Origin: Vicugna vicugna
Lineage: Eukaryota
Assembly (NCBI GenBank): GCA_013265495.1
Contig: MU058824.1
Span: 6,095,245-6,159,244, forward strand
DNA: 64,000 bases
Direction of reading: 5' to 3'
A program made the translations under genes and the position numbers. Below are positions 1-13,717 of the stretch, one piece after another; position 1 is the first letter of the stretch, and every line of letters begins with the position of its first letter. The notes below the pieces were generated by a model that saw only the letters and a program-made list of their open reading frames with translations, was not told the DNA's origin and did no database searches.

Positions 1-654
1 GGGAACTCTGCCTGCCTCACACTTTTGCTGGTGTATCCCTGGACTTCCCACCAATACCCCATATGTCCCCAGCCTGCTAGGCTTTGCACTACAGTGGTCA
101 CTCCTCCAGCCCTGTCTGCAAATTAATGAACAGCTGCTTGAGTAGGACCACAGGGCACTTTCATCTTCAGCACAAAAGAAAGAAGCAATCAAGTGGAGAA
201 TATTAATAACAAGCCAAATTATCATCTTCTGGAACTACAATGGAAAACCTGGGTTATTTGTTTCAATATGTTTTCATTCTCACTACTTAAGCAAAATTCC
301 TTAGCACTAACTGTGTAAGAATTCAGCCCACTGAGAATTACTTCCATTTACCAGAAACTGCCTTTTCCCCTTCACTGTACATTTTCCAAAGCAAGACAAT
401 ATTTTGATGTTGTCACATCAACAAATATGTATCCACTGCCCACAAAGGTTCTAAAGGAGTCTGCAGTGGGACCAGCAGAAGCCGCATGCCTTTGGGAATT
501 AGAAGAAGCAGATTCTACTTTTGGTTCTCCCTCTCTTCTGAGTGAGCCTTAACTTAACCCCTGCCCTGCCCCGTTCCTTGACCTCCCTCTGTGAACTGTG
601 ATCAACTCCTGTGTTCCCTCCCAGCTCTAACTCACTGTGGTGCTAGTCACACGG

Positions 655-1117
655 CACGCTAGGTTTGTCATAACAAACTATCCCAAACGGTGACTTAACC
701 AACAGAAATTTACCGTCTCACAGTTTTGGAGGCTAGAAGTCTAGGATCAAGGCGTCAGCAAGACTGATTCCTTTTGAGCACTGTGAGAAAAAAATCTGTT
801 TCATGCTTTTTTCCCAGATTTTGGCAGTGTGTGGGCAAGCTTTGGCATTCTTTGGCTTGTAGAAGCATTGCCCTGATCTGAACCCCTGATCTGAACCTTC
901 ATCTCCACATGATTTGCTCCTTGGGTGTGAGTCTGTGTCCAAATCTTCCCCTTTTTATAAGGACACTAGTTATAATGAATTAGAAGCCCACTCTTCCCCA
1001 GTGTGAATTCATCTTTATCTAATACATCTACAATGACCCTATTTCCAAATAAGATAGCAGGGATAAAGACTTCAAGATGTGAATTTAGGGGAGAGAGGCA
1101 CAAATCAATTCATAAGA
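655..1117 (-). mobile_element. MaLR solo LTR, MLT1C-like
   Basis: Reverse-strand MLT1 hallmarks: 'aacagaaatttaccgtctcacagttttggaggctagaagtctaggatcaagg', 'tttttataaggacactagt', 'catctacaatgaccctatttccaaataag', 'gacttcaagatgtgaattt'. Boundaries approximate. Confidence 0.85.
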
Positions 1118-1319
1118 ATTACCCTTATACATTTTCTTCATAGATGTTATCCCAATCTGATTTTTTTTAATGTTTTTGCTTATTGTTTATATAACAAGAT
1201 GGTAAATTTTAAGTTTCCATTGAGGCACCAAGATATGATAGATACTATATATCTACATGCAGTATAAGGAAGATTACCAAAGGAAACCGTAAAATAAGAG
1301 ACTAAGAATAGATTAGATC

Positions 1320-1479
1320 AGTGCTTCTCAAACTTGAATGTGCATGTAAATCACCTGGAGATCTTGTTAAAATGCAAATTCTGATTCGGCAGGTCTTGGG
1401 TGGACACAAGATTCTACATTCTAATAAGCTCACAGCAATATTGATACTGCTGGTCCATAGACCACGTTTTTAGTAGCAA
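1320..1479. mobile_element. MER5A-like hAT-Charlie MITE
   Basis: 'cagtgcttctcaaactt...aatcacctggagatcttgttaaaatgcaaattctgattc...tgctggtccatagaccacgttt' matches the MER5A pattern. Confidence 0.85.
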
Positions 1480-2745
1480 AAGATAAGATGATAGACTTAA
1501 AACAATGAAATTAAAAAATGAAAGAACGGAGAGAGAGGATTTTGTGAGGATTATTTTATTGAGAGGTGAACTATGATTATTCCTTCTCCTGGACCCCCAA
1601 GGAAGAGATATGTATGTGTGGAAACACTGCTTCCCAAACCTAAGCCTAGTGCAAGAGACTTCAACTGAAGCTCTTGGAGTTTGATATGTGACCCTTAGAT
1701 TTTGAGTGATGAATGAATTGGGTCTGACTGTCATCTGAGAAACCTAGTAGATTACAGACTGGCTGTTGGCTGCTCTGATGACAGAGGTAACTATGAAGAT
1801 CAGCCCAAACTCCCAGTTTGTCAGAAAAAAGAATGTGTGAGAAATGGGCCACAGGTAGAAAAGAAGCTGTCTCACAACAGTATCAGTCAGGTAAATATTT
1901 CATGACCCCACTTCCTCTCCTCCATCTCAATGCTCCAATGCTGGTGGAGTCAGAACAGCAACTAACTTGTAAGTGGAACAACAGAAAAAGAGGAAGCCAA
2001 TCACACTCTCAGATGGGGTTTCCACCTAGGGAACATGGAGAAGATATAAGCTGAGACTATGATCTCAGCTTATAATGACTAAAACATTTTATTACCTGAG
2101 TGTGATAAGAAAGGTCATAGGACTGCCAGAGGGTTCAGGAAGAAGTCAGGGAAAAGATGACCTCTGTTAAGTAGGTTTAAAGAGACATCAGGAGACAAAA
2201 ATAAAGATGATTTTAGGAATATATTCCATGACCCCTACAAGTTCACTGTACTGGCCCAAAACATATCTCCTCAGCAGAAGCTTAAGCCCTGTAAGAGCAG
2301 AATCCTTGACTATCTTATTCATAGCTCTTTCCTTGGCTGCTGTATTTGCACATGCAGGTTATCCACTACACAATGGTACCACATCCAAGAAGACGTGATT
2401 CAATTTGTAGATAAAGATTTACAGGTTTACTACCAAACTTATCCAGCACAGGCAGTATATCTCAATAAAATCAGGATATGATGAAAATTTTCCTTAAGAA
2501 AAATCTTTTGAAGAAGATAATTCTCACCAAAAAACCCTTCTGCTAATGATGGCCTTGATATCTAGGGCTATGAAGATTCCCTGTCATATAGTGGACATTC
2601 AATGAATATTTGTGAATGAATCAGAATTTACTAAAAACCCTTCTATGAATGTATACTGAAGTGATGACTAATATTTTAAAGTAAAATCTCAGAATTATTA
2701 TTTACAATAAAAAATTTGCAAAATAGCTAGTTACAGAATTAATAC

Positions 2746-3063
2746 AGAGTCATCCCTTGGTGTCCATGGGTATTTGGTTCTAGGACCCTCCCCCTAGATA
2801 CCAAACTCCGTAGATGCTCAAATCCTTTATATAAAATGGTATAGTATTTGCATATAACCTACGTACATCCTCCTACATACTTTAAATCATCTCTTGATTA
2901 CTTATAATACCTAATATAATATAAATGCTATGTAAATAGTTGCTGGCATTTGGCAAATACAAGTTTTGCTTTCTGGAAATTTATGGGTTTTTTTTTTAAT
3001 ACTTCTGATTAACAGGTGGTTGACTCTGCAGATGCAGAGCCTGCAGACAAGAAGGGCCAAATG
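2746..3063. mobile_element. MER2-like TcMar-Tigger MITE
   Basis: 'catcccttggtgtccatggg...tggttctaggacc...gataccaaactccgtagatgctcaaatcc...ttgcatataacctacgtacatcctcc' and terminal 'gatgcagagcctgcagacaagaagggccaa'. Confidence 0.8.
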
Positions 3064-3597
3064 GATAGAAATCAATAGTCTGCATTTATACAATCAGATA
3101 GAAGATATAAAATAGGAAAAAAGCCTATTTGCAATAACCAAAAATGAAATACCTAAGGATGAACAACAAGGTAAGTCCTAGCTCTCACTCAGTACCCCAT
3201 CCATGGCCATGTAACTAGCTGAAAATCTATGGCCCCACACAGTTATTCTGAGAGTTCCTATCTGCCTTTCCTGCTTTATCGTACCAATCCTTTATTCTTA
3301 CTCTTTACTCAAATCAAAATATGCTGCTTCTGAAACATTCAAGTCCTATCGGTTCTATAAAGCTCATTCAGCCCAAGCTGATCCTATGTCCTTTAAAATT
3401 TATAGAAATTGTAAAATTCATCAAGCAAGCAATTATGCTTTGTATTAGGACATCTCTTGTCAACTTAACTATTTTATTATTATTTAACATTTCATATGAT
3501 CTTATATCATTAATTAAAATATAAATTCTTCATGGGTAGAAAATCTACCTTATATTCTTTCATATTCTCTTATCACATAGTATCTACTAGCACATAA

Positions 3598-3906
3598 TTT
3601 TTTATTGAAGTATAGTCAGTTTACAATGTTGTGTCAATGGCCAGTATATAGCATAATAGTTCAGTCATATATATACATACATATATTCATTTTCATATTC
3701 TTTTTCATTATAGGTTACTACAAGATATTGAATATAGTTCCCTGTGCTATACAGTATAAACTTATTGTTTACCTATTTTATATATAGTAGTTAGTATCTG
3801 CAAATCTCAAACTCCCAATTTATCCCTTCCCACCCTCTTCTCCCCTGGTAACCACAAGTTTGTTTTCTACATCTGTGAGTCTGTTTCTGCTTTGTAAATA
3901 AGTTTT
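3598..3906 (-). mobile_element. 5'-truncated LINE-1 3' UTR (cetartiodactyl-type)
   Basis: T-tract then 'ttattgaagtatagtcagtttacaatgttgtgtcaa...tttatcccttcccacc...ggtaaccac'; closely matches the reverse complement of the L1 3' UTR at about 24950-25240. Confidence 0.92.
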
Positions 3907-4329
3907 TGTATTTAATAGATGATAAGTAAAATGTGCTAATATAATATATATGAACTTGGTTTTATACTCTAGCTCTAGCCACTGCCTCCATTTCCTCTTG
4001 TTCCATTTTCTTTTTATTCCTACATAATCAGTCTCTCAACCATTCCAAAGTGTCTGTTTTAGCTAAAACACAAGATTGACATAAGGAAGAAATACAAGAT
4101 ATAACTAGAAGAGTAAGCTGCAATTTTATTTTGGAGGTCTAAAATGCAAGATGGGGAAACTGACAATTTGGTAGGCAATTGTTGTCTTTAAATGTTTTTT
4201 AAAAAGAGTTGTAGAAAAATAGCCACGTTTTAGTAAAGTAGATTAATCTGCCTATTTGAGTATTATGGATTGGAAGGGAAATAGGCAAATGAGGGTTGAT
4301 ACTCTTTACCTAACTTTTAAAAGAGTCTG

Positions 4330-4690
4330 CACGAGAAGTATTAAGGACTTGAAATAAAGAGCTGGCAAGGGAAATGTAAAACATGCAATGGAAGGAATGT
4401 TTTAAGAGAATCTCTAGGACTTTCAATAGCATGGATATGGTGATTGAAAGATAAGGAGGGGTTACATGTGACAAGTTTTCATCCTCAATGTGTATAAAAA
4501 ATTATTATATCATTTACAGAAACAGGGAAATAAAGGAAAAGTTGAGTGGGAAAAGAACATAGTGAGCTATTTTCAACACGTTGAGTTTGAGGTGGCATTT
4601 ATCCATGCGAAGATGCCCAGGAGGCATGTGGAGATAGACGACTATAAATTAAAAGACATGTCAGTACTAGACATAGAGTTTTGTGAGAGA
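4330..4690 (-). mobile_element. Degraded L2 fragment
   Basis: 'cacgttgagtttgaggtggc...agatgcccaggaggcatgtggagata' resembles the antisense L2 3' region; highly diverged. Confidence 0.5.
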
Positions 4691-5118
4691 CAATGGTTTG
4701 TAAAAGTACAACCTTCACCTTCCCCAGTTTAACCTGTTGCCCCCACTTAAACTAGTTCAGCTGCCAGAGCCCAAACTATTCCCAACAACAGTTAGCTTTC
4801 AAAAGGGATATTCAAAAGACAGAAGGATAAAGAATTTGAGAGAAAGTATTGGTATGGCTGGAACTGGAATGACAAGCTAGGCTCCTGCTCTAATGTGACC
4901 ATCTCCCCTACCTTAACTTCCTCAAATTCTTCCTTGTTATATTATGACATCTGGTACAGGCCTATGAATTTCTCTCAAATACATCCTATACCAGTAAATT
5001 TCACAGTAATGATACAGTAAATATGATAACTGACATGGACTTTAGTCATATTGCCTTCTCAACTCTCATACTGAAATTGGTGTTTTATTTGTGATATTGC
5101 TGGTTTGCCTCAATCAAC

Positions 5119-5138
5119 CACACACACACACACACACA
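5119..5138. repeat. (CA)10 microsatellite
   Basis: Read directly from the sequence. Confidence 0.95.
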
Positions 5139-6389
5139 ATTTCTAGAAAAACTGCACTCTCTAGAAGGCTTAGTGCAATTCCACACAGACCAAGCACTGC
5201 ATTCACAGTCGAGCCTCCCAGCATCTCTCCCAGTTGATAAAAGTATGAATCCAACAATGAACTCAGCAAAGCTAAGGGAATGGTTTTGTTGAACTGGAGT
5301 AGTATCAGTTGGAAGCAATGATAAATCAATCATACAACACCGAAGCAGAGTAGACATATTTAAAGAAGATTGAAAAAGAACACAAGTGTAATTTCTCCTG
5401 AGTCTCAGGAGGAAAATCTGTAATTTATAGCCAAGAAAACCAAGAAGCAAAGTACTACCTATAACCCTAGACAAATGGAAAAAGGAATAACAGAAATTAT
5501 GATATAAAAGACTAAACCAATCATTACGAGAATAACTAATGTTACAGTTTATGGGAGGAACTTATACAGGAAGTTGACCTGGGAAAGTGCAAGGAAATAA
5601 ATAACTCTGAGTGGGTTTCAAGCCCTGAGAACTGACTGAGATTGACAATAAACGGTTTCATGTGCTTTTCTTTAGGTCTGTATCTCTTATAACTGTGCAA
5701 ATAACAAATAATCACCCAAGGTAGACACAAAAATTCCTACTTGGAGCTAAACAAATTATGCAATTATAAAGATGTGTTAAAATGAGAGAATCTTTAGAAA
5801 CCATGGGTTTAAAAAGAAACTCCAAGTGAACTGTCATATGCTAATTTGGGGAGCTGCAACTTTAAACACTAGGAATGTAAGCATATTGAATGAAAAAAGG
5901 TTAGGTGTAGGTTAGTATTTCTGAAATTCTGTCTTCTATGATTTCAGTTGTATAATAACCTAGTGATTTCAAATCAATATTTAGCTACTCAGTTGCCATA
6001 AACTTCTTACACACCAGAAGAGAAAAAAATGATAGAAGGAAGAAAACAAAACAATTCTATTGAATGAAGCCCTGTTTTAAATATTAATGTCTGTTCCAGA
6101 AATACTAACATTACTTTTGGTGTACCCATACCAGTATGTGTGTGTTGCGGGGAGTCGGGGTGGTATTTTGGTAGGTGAAGAGTACTTTCACTATCTGAGG
6201 CATTGTGTAAAAAAACTGAAATCAGATCATTCATACCAATGAAGCAATGGGGGTGAAAATAATTAGCTAGTGTGTAATAATGCTAAATAATAGATTATGA
6301 ATCTCTGAATAAATTCAGGCAGAGAAAACTAAATAGACAGAAATGAAATAACACACAAGATGAAAACCTTGTAAAAGCCACTGGTTAGA

Positions 6390-6511
6390 GTTATAGAGGT
6401 TCAACACTGAACAGCAATGAACAACTCCAGAGGATGCCATTACCAGTCTGTGTGAACAGCTCCCCTGGAATTGTTGACTGAATAACCTGTGCAGCCATGA
6501 GTGGCCACCCT
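6390..6511. mobile_element. MER91-like hAT MITE
   Basis: Quasi-palindrome 'acaactccagaggatgccatt...tgtgaacagctcccctggaattgt...aacctgtgcagcc'. Confidence 0.6.
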
Positions 6512-6742
6512 ACTTGTTGTGACTATGCATATGTTTTTTTCCTGTCAATAATGAGTCAAGTCCCAAACAACTCAGGTGCCAATTCTGATTTAAATAGTGG
6601 CTAATGCTTTAAGAGGCCAAACATTGGTTTCCAGGCTGTACTCATGCATCCTTACACCCCTAAATTCAAAAGAGACTAGGATGAAATTATAACAGTTTCT
6701 GAAGTAATTTTAGGTGTATTTCCCTTCCCTATGATGTAGACT

Positions 6743-6805
6743 GTTGGGCCTAAATAATTGTAGTATTTAAATAAAAGTTGGGTCTAAATAATTGTAGTAT
6801 TTAAA
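6743..6805. repeat. Local tandem duplication, 34-bp period
   Basis: GTTGGG(C/T)CTAAATAATTGTAGTATTTAAA at 6743-6771 and 6777-6805. Confidence 0.92.
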
Positions 6806-9071
6806 ATTCTCAAATAGGAACAAATAAATGATTCTTATTTATTCTATTTTTCTCCAAGTTACAGTTGTGATCTTTAAATAATGAAAAAATAAGTGGCTTT
6901 TTAATATTTTTCAGGTAGAATATTTTACTTAAAAATAGGTTAAAAAAAGAAATAGAAAAGTTACTTTGAGACCATCCAATCATTTCAAGCACCAACAATA
7001 GTAATCAACACTGGTCATTATAAAGTTGACCTTGGCTTGAACTTATGACCTAAACCTCAAAACTTATACTACAACTAACTCTCAGAGTTACACATCTATG
7101 TGACCCTCTCACTGCTGCCAAGTATCACTGTGGTTTTCAAGTATTAAAAACCTGCCACAAAATTTCATTTTTTTAAATGCCTTTAAATTCAGGATAGCTA
7201 AAAAAGCATTGATAAATTCAAAGCTAATATATTGTTTTCAACATTTATTGTAGGCTGACTGATTTTTGGTAATCATATATCACTCTTAAAGCAACCAAAA
7301 TATGTCTGAAATAATTAGCACTTAATAAATAAATAAAACCTGCTTTATCTAATTTAAATGTTAGATGAACTCTATTTAAAGCAATAGTTTACTCTCTAAA
7401 TTACTGAGTCAAAAATGTACAGAAGCAATATTGTAATAATTGCCCCTGTGCTATTAAATTTTCCAAGGAAGTAATGAGTGTTAGATTATTTAAAATAATG
7501 ACACCACCTTTCTTTCCCCAGAATATGGAGCATGGGTGGATGTTTAATTAAAGAAATTCAAGAAGGTCTCAGAGAAAATCCTTTAGAACTGAGTGTCTCA
7601 CTAATTGAAAAAAAATTTAACACAAATTTAACATTGATACCATTCATATCAAACAAATAGCAAGTCAGTAATGTGGAGGAAAAACTTACTGCAGAGAACC
7701 AGAGAGCACCACATTCATTCTGTCTTTCAAAGAACTGTCACTGTAATTGCTGTAACTACAGCCTGGTTTTGTGGTAGCACTTATGCCATAATTTGATTCT
7801 AAAGCAAATGCTCAGTGTACCCAGAATTTCCACATACTCTCCCCTGCCTTCTGTAATTAGGAAATCTAGGCATTTTCCTGAATTTAATGAAGCAAAGCCT
7901 GAAGCTGAGTGAAGCAGAATCAGAGCTGTCATATGCCCCAGTGAGTTACATCTTTGACCACATGAGGCACCTCAATTCTGTATTCCTGGATCTTGCCCCC
8001 AAACTACTTGTCTCCATCTCTAAACAGTGACTGTAAAATCAAGGATGGAAGTGTTCCATTTTAACATTCAGAATGATACTTCCGCAATTTCCAAGTCTCC
8101 AGGAAAAGGGTCTATGAAGGTAGCAACATTGTCTGTATTTCTCACTTTTTTGAACTTGGCACTATTTCTGGCATAGAGAAAGTCTCAATAAATATATGCT
8201 GACTGATTGATTACTAAATCAATTACAGATTGATCTGTACAATTACAGATCATCAATCTCCATCACTGTTACAAAAGAGAACCAAAGTTTCAGGATCTGG
8301 CAAAACACCCTTTTATGTACAAAGTCATTTCTAAATGAACATTTTCAGAGGAAAAATCTGAAAAACTAATGCCTATATATTTCTCAAATAAATAATGCAA
8401 AAGAAAATCCCTATGTAATGTGAAGACCAAAATCATTATCTCTTTCCTCCCTCAAACCTCGTGCTTGTCTGATAATCCCTATTTCATCTCATGACAACAC
8501 ACCTGTCCAATCATCCAAGATAGAGAGCTCAGAATCCTTTGAATCCTTCTTATTAACTTCCAGAACTACAATTAGATACTACGCCATGGAAATTCTTTTT
8601 CTTCCAATCCTTCTTTAATCTATTCCCCAACCTCAATCACCATAGCCAGCACTGACTCTTACCTGAAATATATTGCAATTAGGCCAGTCCTTCCTTCTTC
8701 CTCCATATATTATTCTGTTGAAAGAGGAAATTAGGTGATTTTGAGAGAGTTTATTCTTTATAAAGCCAGTGGAGTTATTATATAGTATTTTCTTTTCAAA
8801 TTATATTTTGTGATATTTTAAAATATATTCATAGATTTAAAGGCTAAACTTACCAGGATATAATCTGCATCTACTTTTCCATATCTTTCAAAGTATCCAC
8901 TTTCCAAATATTTTCAAAATTACTTCCAAATAATGGAAAAGTGTTCCATAAGGAGAATTTCAAGTTAACATGGATTAATTTTATAATCTCTCCCCCAAAA
9001 AGTTGTGTATGTACTGTACATGTTTGTGTATATGTGTTTTAAATTTAAGGATTCATCATTTGCATACATGC

Positions 9072-9392
9072 TTTTTAATAATTTAGTTAGATATTACTGA
9101 CATATAATATACTGCATATATTTAAGTTAGACACTTTGATAAGATTTGAATATATATACATAAGTGAAACCACCACCACAATCAGGATAATAAACATATC
9201 ATATCCATTACCCTCAAAATTTTGCTCATACTCTATTATAATTCTTCCTTCCTGATGTTCACTGTCTTGAAAATCATTGTTTCAATCATTTAGACTGGGT
9301 AGGGTTTTTTTCCTTGGTTATTTCAAGTGGCAGGGTAAATCTGGTCCCTGTTTCTTTTATACATTCCTGTATATTCTGCAAAAGCAGAAGTC
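9072..9392 (-). mobile_element. Old L1M composite: 3' terminus (about 9072-9255) abutting an L1M 5' terminus (about 9260-9392)
   Basis: 'catataatatactgcatatatttaag...gtgaaaccaccaccacaatcaggataataaacatatc' is an L1M antisense 3' end; 9260-9392 aligns by eye with the L1M 5' end at 12790-12900. Confidence 0.6.
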
Positions 9393-9399
9393 CATCAGT

Positions 9400-11675
9400 T
9401 GATTTTTTTCTTACTATATATTTCTAGTTTTTTTCTTAGTGGTTGTTCTAGATATTATAATATGTATATTATCACAATTTACTTCAAACTAATACTAACT
9501 TAATTCTGGTAAAATGCAGAAACTTCATTGCATTTTCCATTTTTGTAATAATAATGACATATATTATAATATATGACATATATAATACCTGTGTATGTTA
9601 TAAACCCAACATTACAGTTATAATGATTGCTTTATATACTCTAATACTTTTTAAAGAATTAAAGAAAAGAAAAAATATATTTATGCCATTTTATATTTAC
9701 CCACATATTTAAATATTTTAATGCTCTTTATTTATTCTTGTGGCTTTGAGTTACCAATTTAATGTTATTCCTTTCCATCTAAAGGACTTCCTTTAGTATT
9801 TTTTATAAGACAAATCTGCTAGTAACAAATTCTCTCAGCCTTTACTGATGTAAGAAAGTACTTTTTCTTTCATTTTCATTTCTGAAGGATAGTTTTCCTT
9901 GACATAGAATTCTTGGTTGATAAGTTTTTTTTTATTTTAGCATTTTGAATGTATCATTTCACTGCCTCATGGCCTTTATTATTTTTTATGAGAAAACAGT
10001 TGTTAATCTTATCAAGGTTCCCTTGTATTTGATGAGGCTTTTTGCTCTTGCTACTTTCAAGATTTCCTCTGTCTTTGCCTTTCAGTGTGACTAAGATGTG
10101 ACTAGGTATATATCTCTTTGTGTTTATCCTATTTGGTATTTTTTGAGCTTTTTGGATCTCTAGAGTTGTGTTTTTGAAGTTTTCTGCCATTATTCTACCC
10201 CTTCGTCTCTCTCTTCTCCCTCTGGAAGTCCCATTATATTTGTATTGGTTAACTTGCTTTTGATTCATAGATCTCTGGAGCTCTGTTCATTTTTCTTCAA
10301 TCTTTGTTCTCTCTGTTCTTCAGATTGGATAATTTCTACTAACCTACTTAAAGTCTGCTGACTCTTCTCAAATATTCTGCTGAGCCCATATCATGCACTT
10401 TTCCTCAGTTATTCAACTCCAAATTTTCCATTTAGTTCTCTTTTACATTTTGTATCTCTTTACTGGTATTTCTAATTAGTATGTCTTGTTATACTTTCAC
10501 TTAATTTTTAAGCATGGTTTCCTGTAATTCTTTGAACATATTTGTAACAGCTGCTTTGAAAGCTTTCTCTGATAAATACAACATCTGGACCTATTTAGTT
10601 TCTGTTGACTGCTTTTTTCCCCCTGAGTATGGGTCACCTTTTCTTGTTTCTTTGAATGTTTCATTATTTTTGTTGAAAATTGGACATTTTAGATAATGTT
10701 TTATAGTAATTCTAGATTCTGATATTTTCCCTGAGACTTGCTGTTGGTGGTGACCTTTTTGTGTTTACTTATTTTATAAATTTACGTACTGTAAATCTAT
10801 GGAGTTGGTTTCCCCCACCATGTGCAGCCCCTGGTGTCTCTTCTAAATAATTTTTTAAATTCTTGTTTTATTTTTAAGTTTGGTTTCCTTGAGATCATCC
10901 CCGTGTCTGTATAGCTGCACAGTCAGCCAATGATTCATCAGGGGTTATACTCAATCACTTTTAGCCAATAAGCTTTCAATTGTTTATTACTGGTTCTGTG
11001 TGTGGGTTCATTCCAAGCTCCAAGATTTTCTGTCCTACCCCAGTGTTAATTTTCTTCTGGGTCCTCTTGCATCTACTCTGCACAGGTGTATAGTCTCTCA
11101 ATTAGCCAGGGATATTTGGATATGTGGGACTCTCTTTGGTCTCACATGTGCATGCAGAATGAAAGCAGCCCAGAATGTGTGGAGATATCTACCGCTATCT
11201 CATATCTAAGATCTCTCATTTTAATTTCTGGTTAGTCCACTGACCTGTTGCTTTTCCCAAATGGACTACAATTCTAATGAGAAGTTGTTGGCCTTCCTCA
11301 TTTACAAGCTGCCATAATCATTATTTTTACTGAGAACACTGTTAATGGTAGATTTCTCACCTTCCACTCAAAATCAACGGAGTCCCTTCTGGTAGCAAAA
11401 CTACTCGCCTTCACAGTCTGCCTCACATAGTAAAATTACCATACCAACCAAACTAGGAAATATGGAAGAAACTCCAGGCAAGAATGTGATTGATTCCCAC
11501 TATACTTATCTGAAGTTCAGCAGTTTTTCATGAATAAGTGCATCTCAATTTGTTTTTTTTCCTTTGGTTGATGTCAGGAGTCATGAAATGTTTGTTTTTG
11601 ACAACACTGTCCAGTTTTATACTTGTTTTTAGGGAGCGGATTTGCCTCTTTCCTCACTTTGCAATAAGATAAATT
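9400..11675 (-). mobile_element. Old L1M (L1MC/MD-like) 5' UTR, decayed ORF1 and spacer
   Basis: ORF 9954-10268(-) reads 'MAENF...IQKAQKIPNRINTKRYIPSHILVTLK', which is L1 ORF1p-like; surrounding sequence is T-rich antisense L1; a 5'-end-like motif lies near 11600-11670. Confidence 0.8.
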
Positions 11676-11689
11676 AGGCTTCTCAAATG

Positions 11690-12900
11690 ATCAACTTTTC
11701 TGTTTATTATGGGTCATATTTCCCTGCTTCTTTGCATAATTAGTAATCTTATTTGGATGCCAAACATTGTGAATTTTACCTCGTTAGGTGCTAGATATTT
11801 TTGTGTTCCTCTATACAGTCTTCAGCTTTGTTCTCAGAAACAATTAAGTTGATTGGAAACAATCTGATCTCTTATGGACTGAACCATTTATGTCCCTAAA
11901 CTTTGTAAACTGAAATCCAAACCTCCAATGTGATAGAATTTGGAGCTGGAGGCTTTAGGGGGTGATTAGATCATGAGAATGGAGCCCTGTGAATGGGAAT
12001 AGTGCCCTTATAAAATAGAAACTTCAAAGAATTCTCTCATTCTGCTATTTGAGGAAATAGTGAGAAGACAGCCATCTGTGAACCAGAAAGATAGCTCTCA
12101 TCAGACACTAAATCTGATCATACTGTGATCTTGAACTCCCCAGCCTTCAGAACTGTGATAAATAAATGTTTGTTGTTTAAGCCATCCAGTTTATGGTATT
12201 TTTGTCATAGCAGTCTGAAGTAAGATATGATCCTCTTGGGTCTTTCTTTTGAATTTTGTTATGTGGGAACAGAGCAGAATTTAGTCTACAGCTACTTTTG
12301 CCACATTATTGAGTTAAAACCTTTCTAATATACTATCCAATGACCTTACATTCTCACCTTTTCTAGGGTAAGTAATAAGAGGAACTATTTTAGTTGATAA
12401 AACAGGAACTATACCCAGCCCTATGTTTGTCTAGTGATTATTCGTTCTGATTTTTTCAGATGGTGATTTCCATGGCCTCAGAAGTTTCCTCAATAGCATG
12501 TACTGACAATTATTCAGCTGAAGCCTCAGAGGAGAGCTGCAGACCTCTGAAGTTCTTTCTCTATACAGATTCTCCTTTTGTCCCCTGCCCTGCAAACTCT
12601 AGCTGCCTTGATTTCCCTAGATTCCTAGCTCTGTCTTCTTAACTCAGGGAGACTACCCAGCTTTTCCTGAGTTCTTCCTCACTGTGCCACAAAGTGAAAA
12701 CTCTCTCTAGGCCACAAGCTGGGGCAATAATATGGCCTTCTGCAACTACTTCTCATCTCTCAGGAAATTGTCCTTTATTGCTTAACGTTCAATGTCTTGA
12801 AACCATTGTTTCATTTATTTTGTCTGTTATTTTTTCAAGTTGATCCAGGTAGGAGAGTAAACTCAGTATCTGTTGGCCCATCTTGCCCAGAAGCAGAACT
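11690..12900 (-). mobile_element. Second old L1M 5' end fragment, interrupted by MLT1A
   Basis: 'gggtcatatttccctgcttctttgcata...aaacattgtgaattttacc' parallels 10631-10690; ends in 'ccatcttgcccagaagcagaa', an antisense L1M 5' terminus. Confidence 0.7.
11870..12227 (+). mobile_element. MLT1A-like MaLR solo LTR with 5-bp TSD TGATC
   Basis: 'tatggactgaa...ccaatgtgat...gtgcccttataaaa...ccagccttcagaactgtgataaataaatgtttgttgtttaagcc...taagata'; TGATC at 11865-11869 and 12228-12232. Confidence 0.92.
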
Positions 12901-13065
12901 TAGAAATGCTTATTTTGATCATGGGAACACATTTAGTTGAGTCTGTTAATTTTTTTTTCTCTTTATTTGCTTTTCCATCACCCTCCTATAAACCACTCAT
13001 GTTCATTGTCACTCAAGGCAGACCTGATCTAGTCTTACCCAGGTAACATTGTATTATTTTAAGTA

Positions 13066-13543
13066 CAGATCTTCCTCGACTTATGATGGGGTTATATCCT
13101 GATGAACTCACCGTAAGTTGAAAATACTGTTAAGTCAAAAATGCATTTAATACACCTACCTTACTGAGCATCATAGCTTAGCCTAGCCTACCTTTAACAT
13201 GCCTAGAACACTTACATCATACTACAGTTGGGCAAAAGCATCTAACACAAAGCCTATTTTATAACATATATCTCATGTAATTTACTGAGTACTACACTGA
13301 AACTAAAAAACAGAGTAGAGAATGACTGTAAATGTATCAGTTATTTACTCTCATATTGGTATGGCTGACTGGGAGCTATGGCTAGCTGTCAGCATCATCA
13401 GAGAGTATGGAACTGCATATGGCTAGACCAGAAAAGATCAATATTCAAAATTGGAAGTACAGTTTCTACTAAAGGTATATCACTTTCACAGTCATAAAGT
13501 TTAAAAATTGTAAGTTGAACCATCATAAGTACAGGACCATCTG
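13066..13543. mobile_element. MER47/Tigger5-like MITE with TA TSD
   Basis: TIRs 'cagatcttcctcgacttatgatgg' and 'ccatcataagtacaggaccatctg', flanked by TA at 13064-13065 and 13544-13545. Confidence 0.85.
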
Positions 13544-13717
13544 TACTCACTACTGTCCTAAGTGCTGAGGATATAGAGACAAATTAAAACAGCAACCACA
13601 TGATGAGGTGTCTGTGACCAACCTAGTTTGTCACTGTCAAGCCTTTCAGATCAGTAATCTCTCTCTTCTTCCCTCAGCTAGATCCATATAGTTTTACCCC
13701 ACCTCCTAGGCCTATTA

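Noticed and set aside
8219..8258. Small direct and inverted repeat of CAATTACAGAT / ATCTGTA
   Set aside because: Too short to distinguish from local template switching; not an array or RNA gene.
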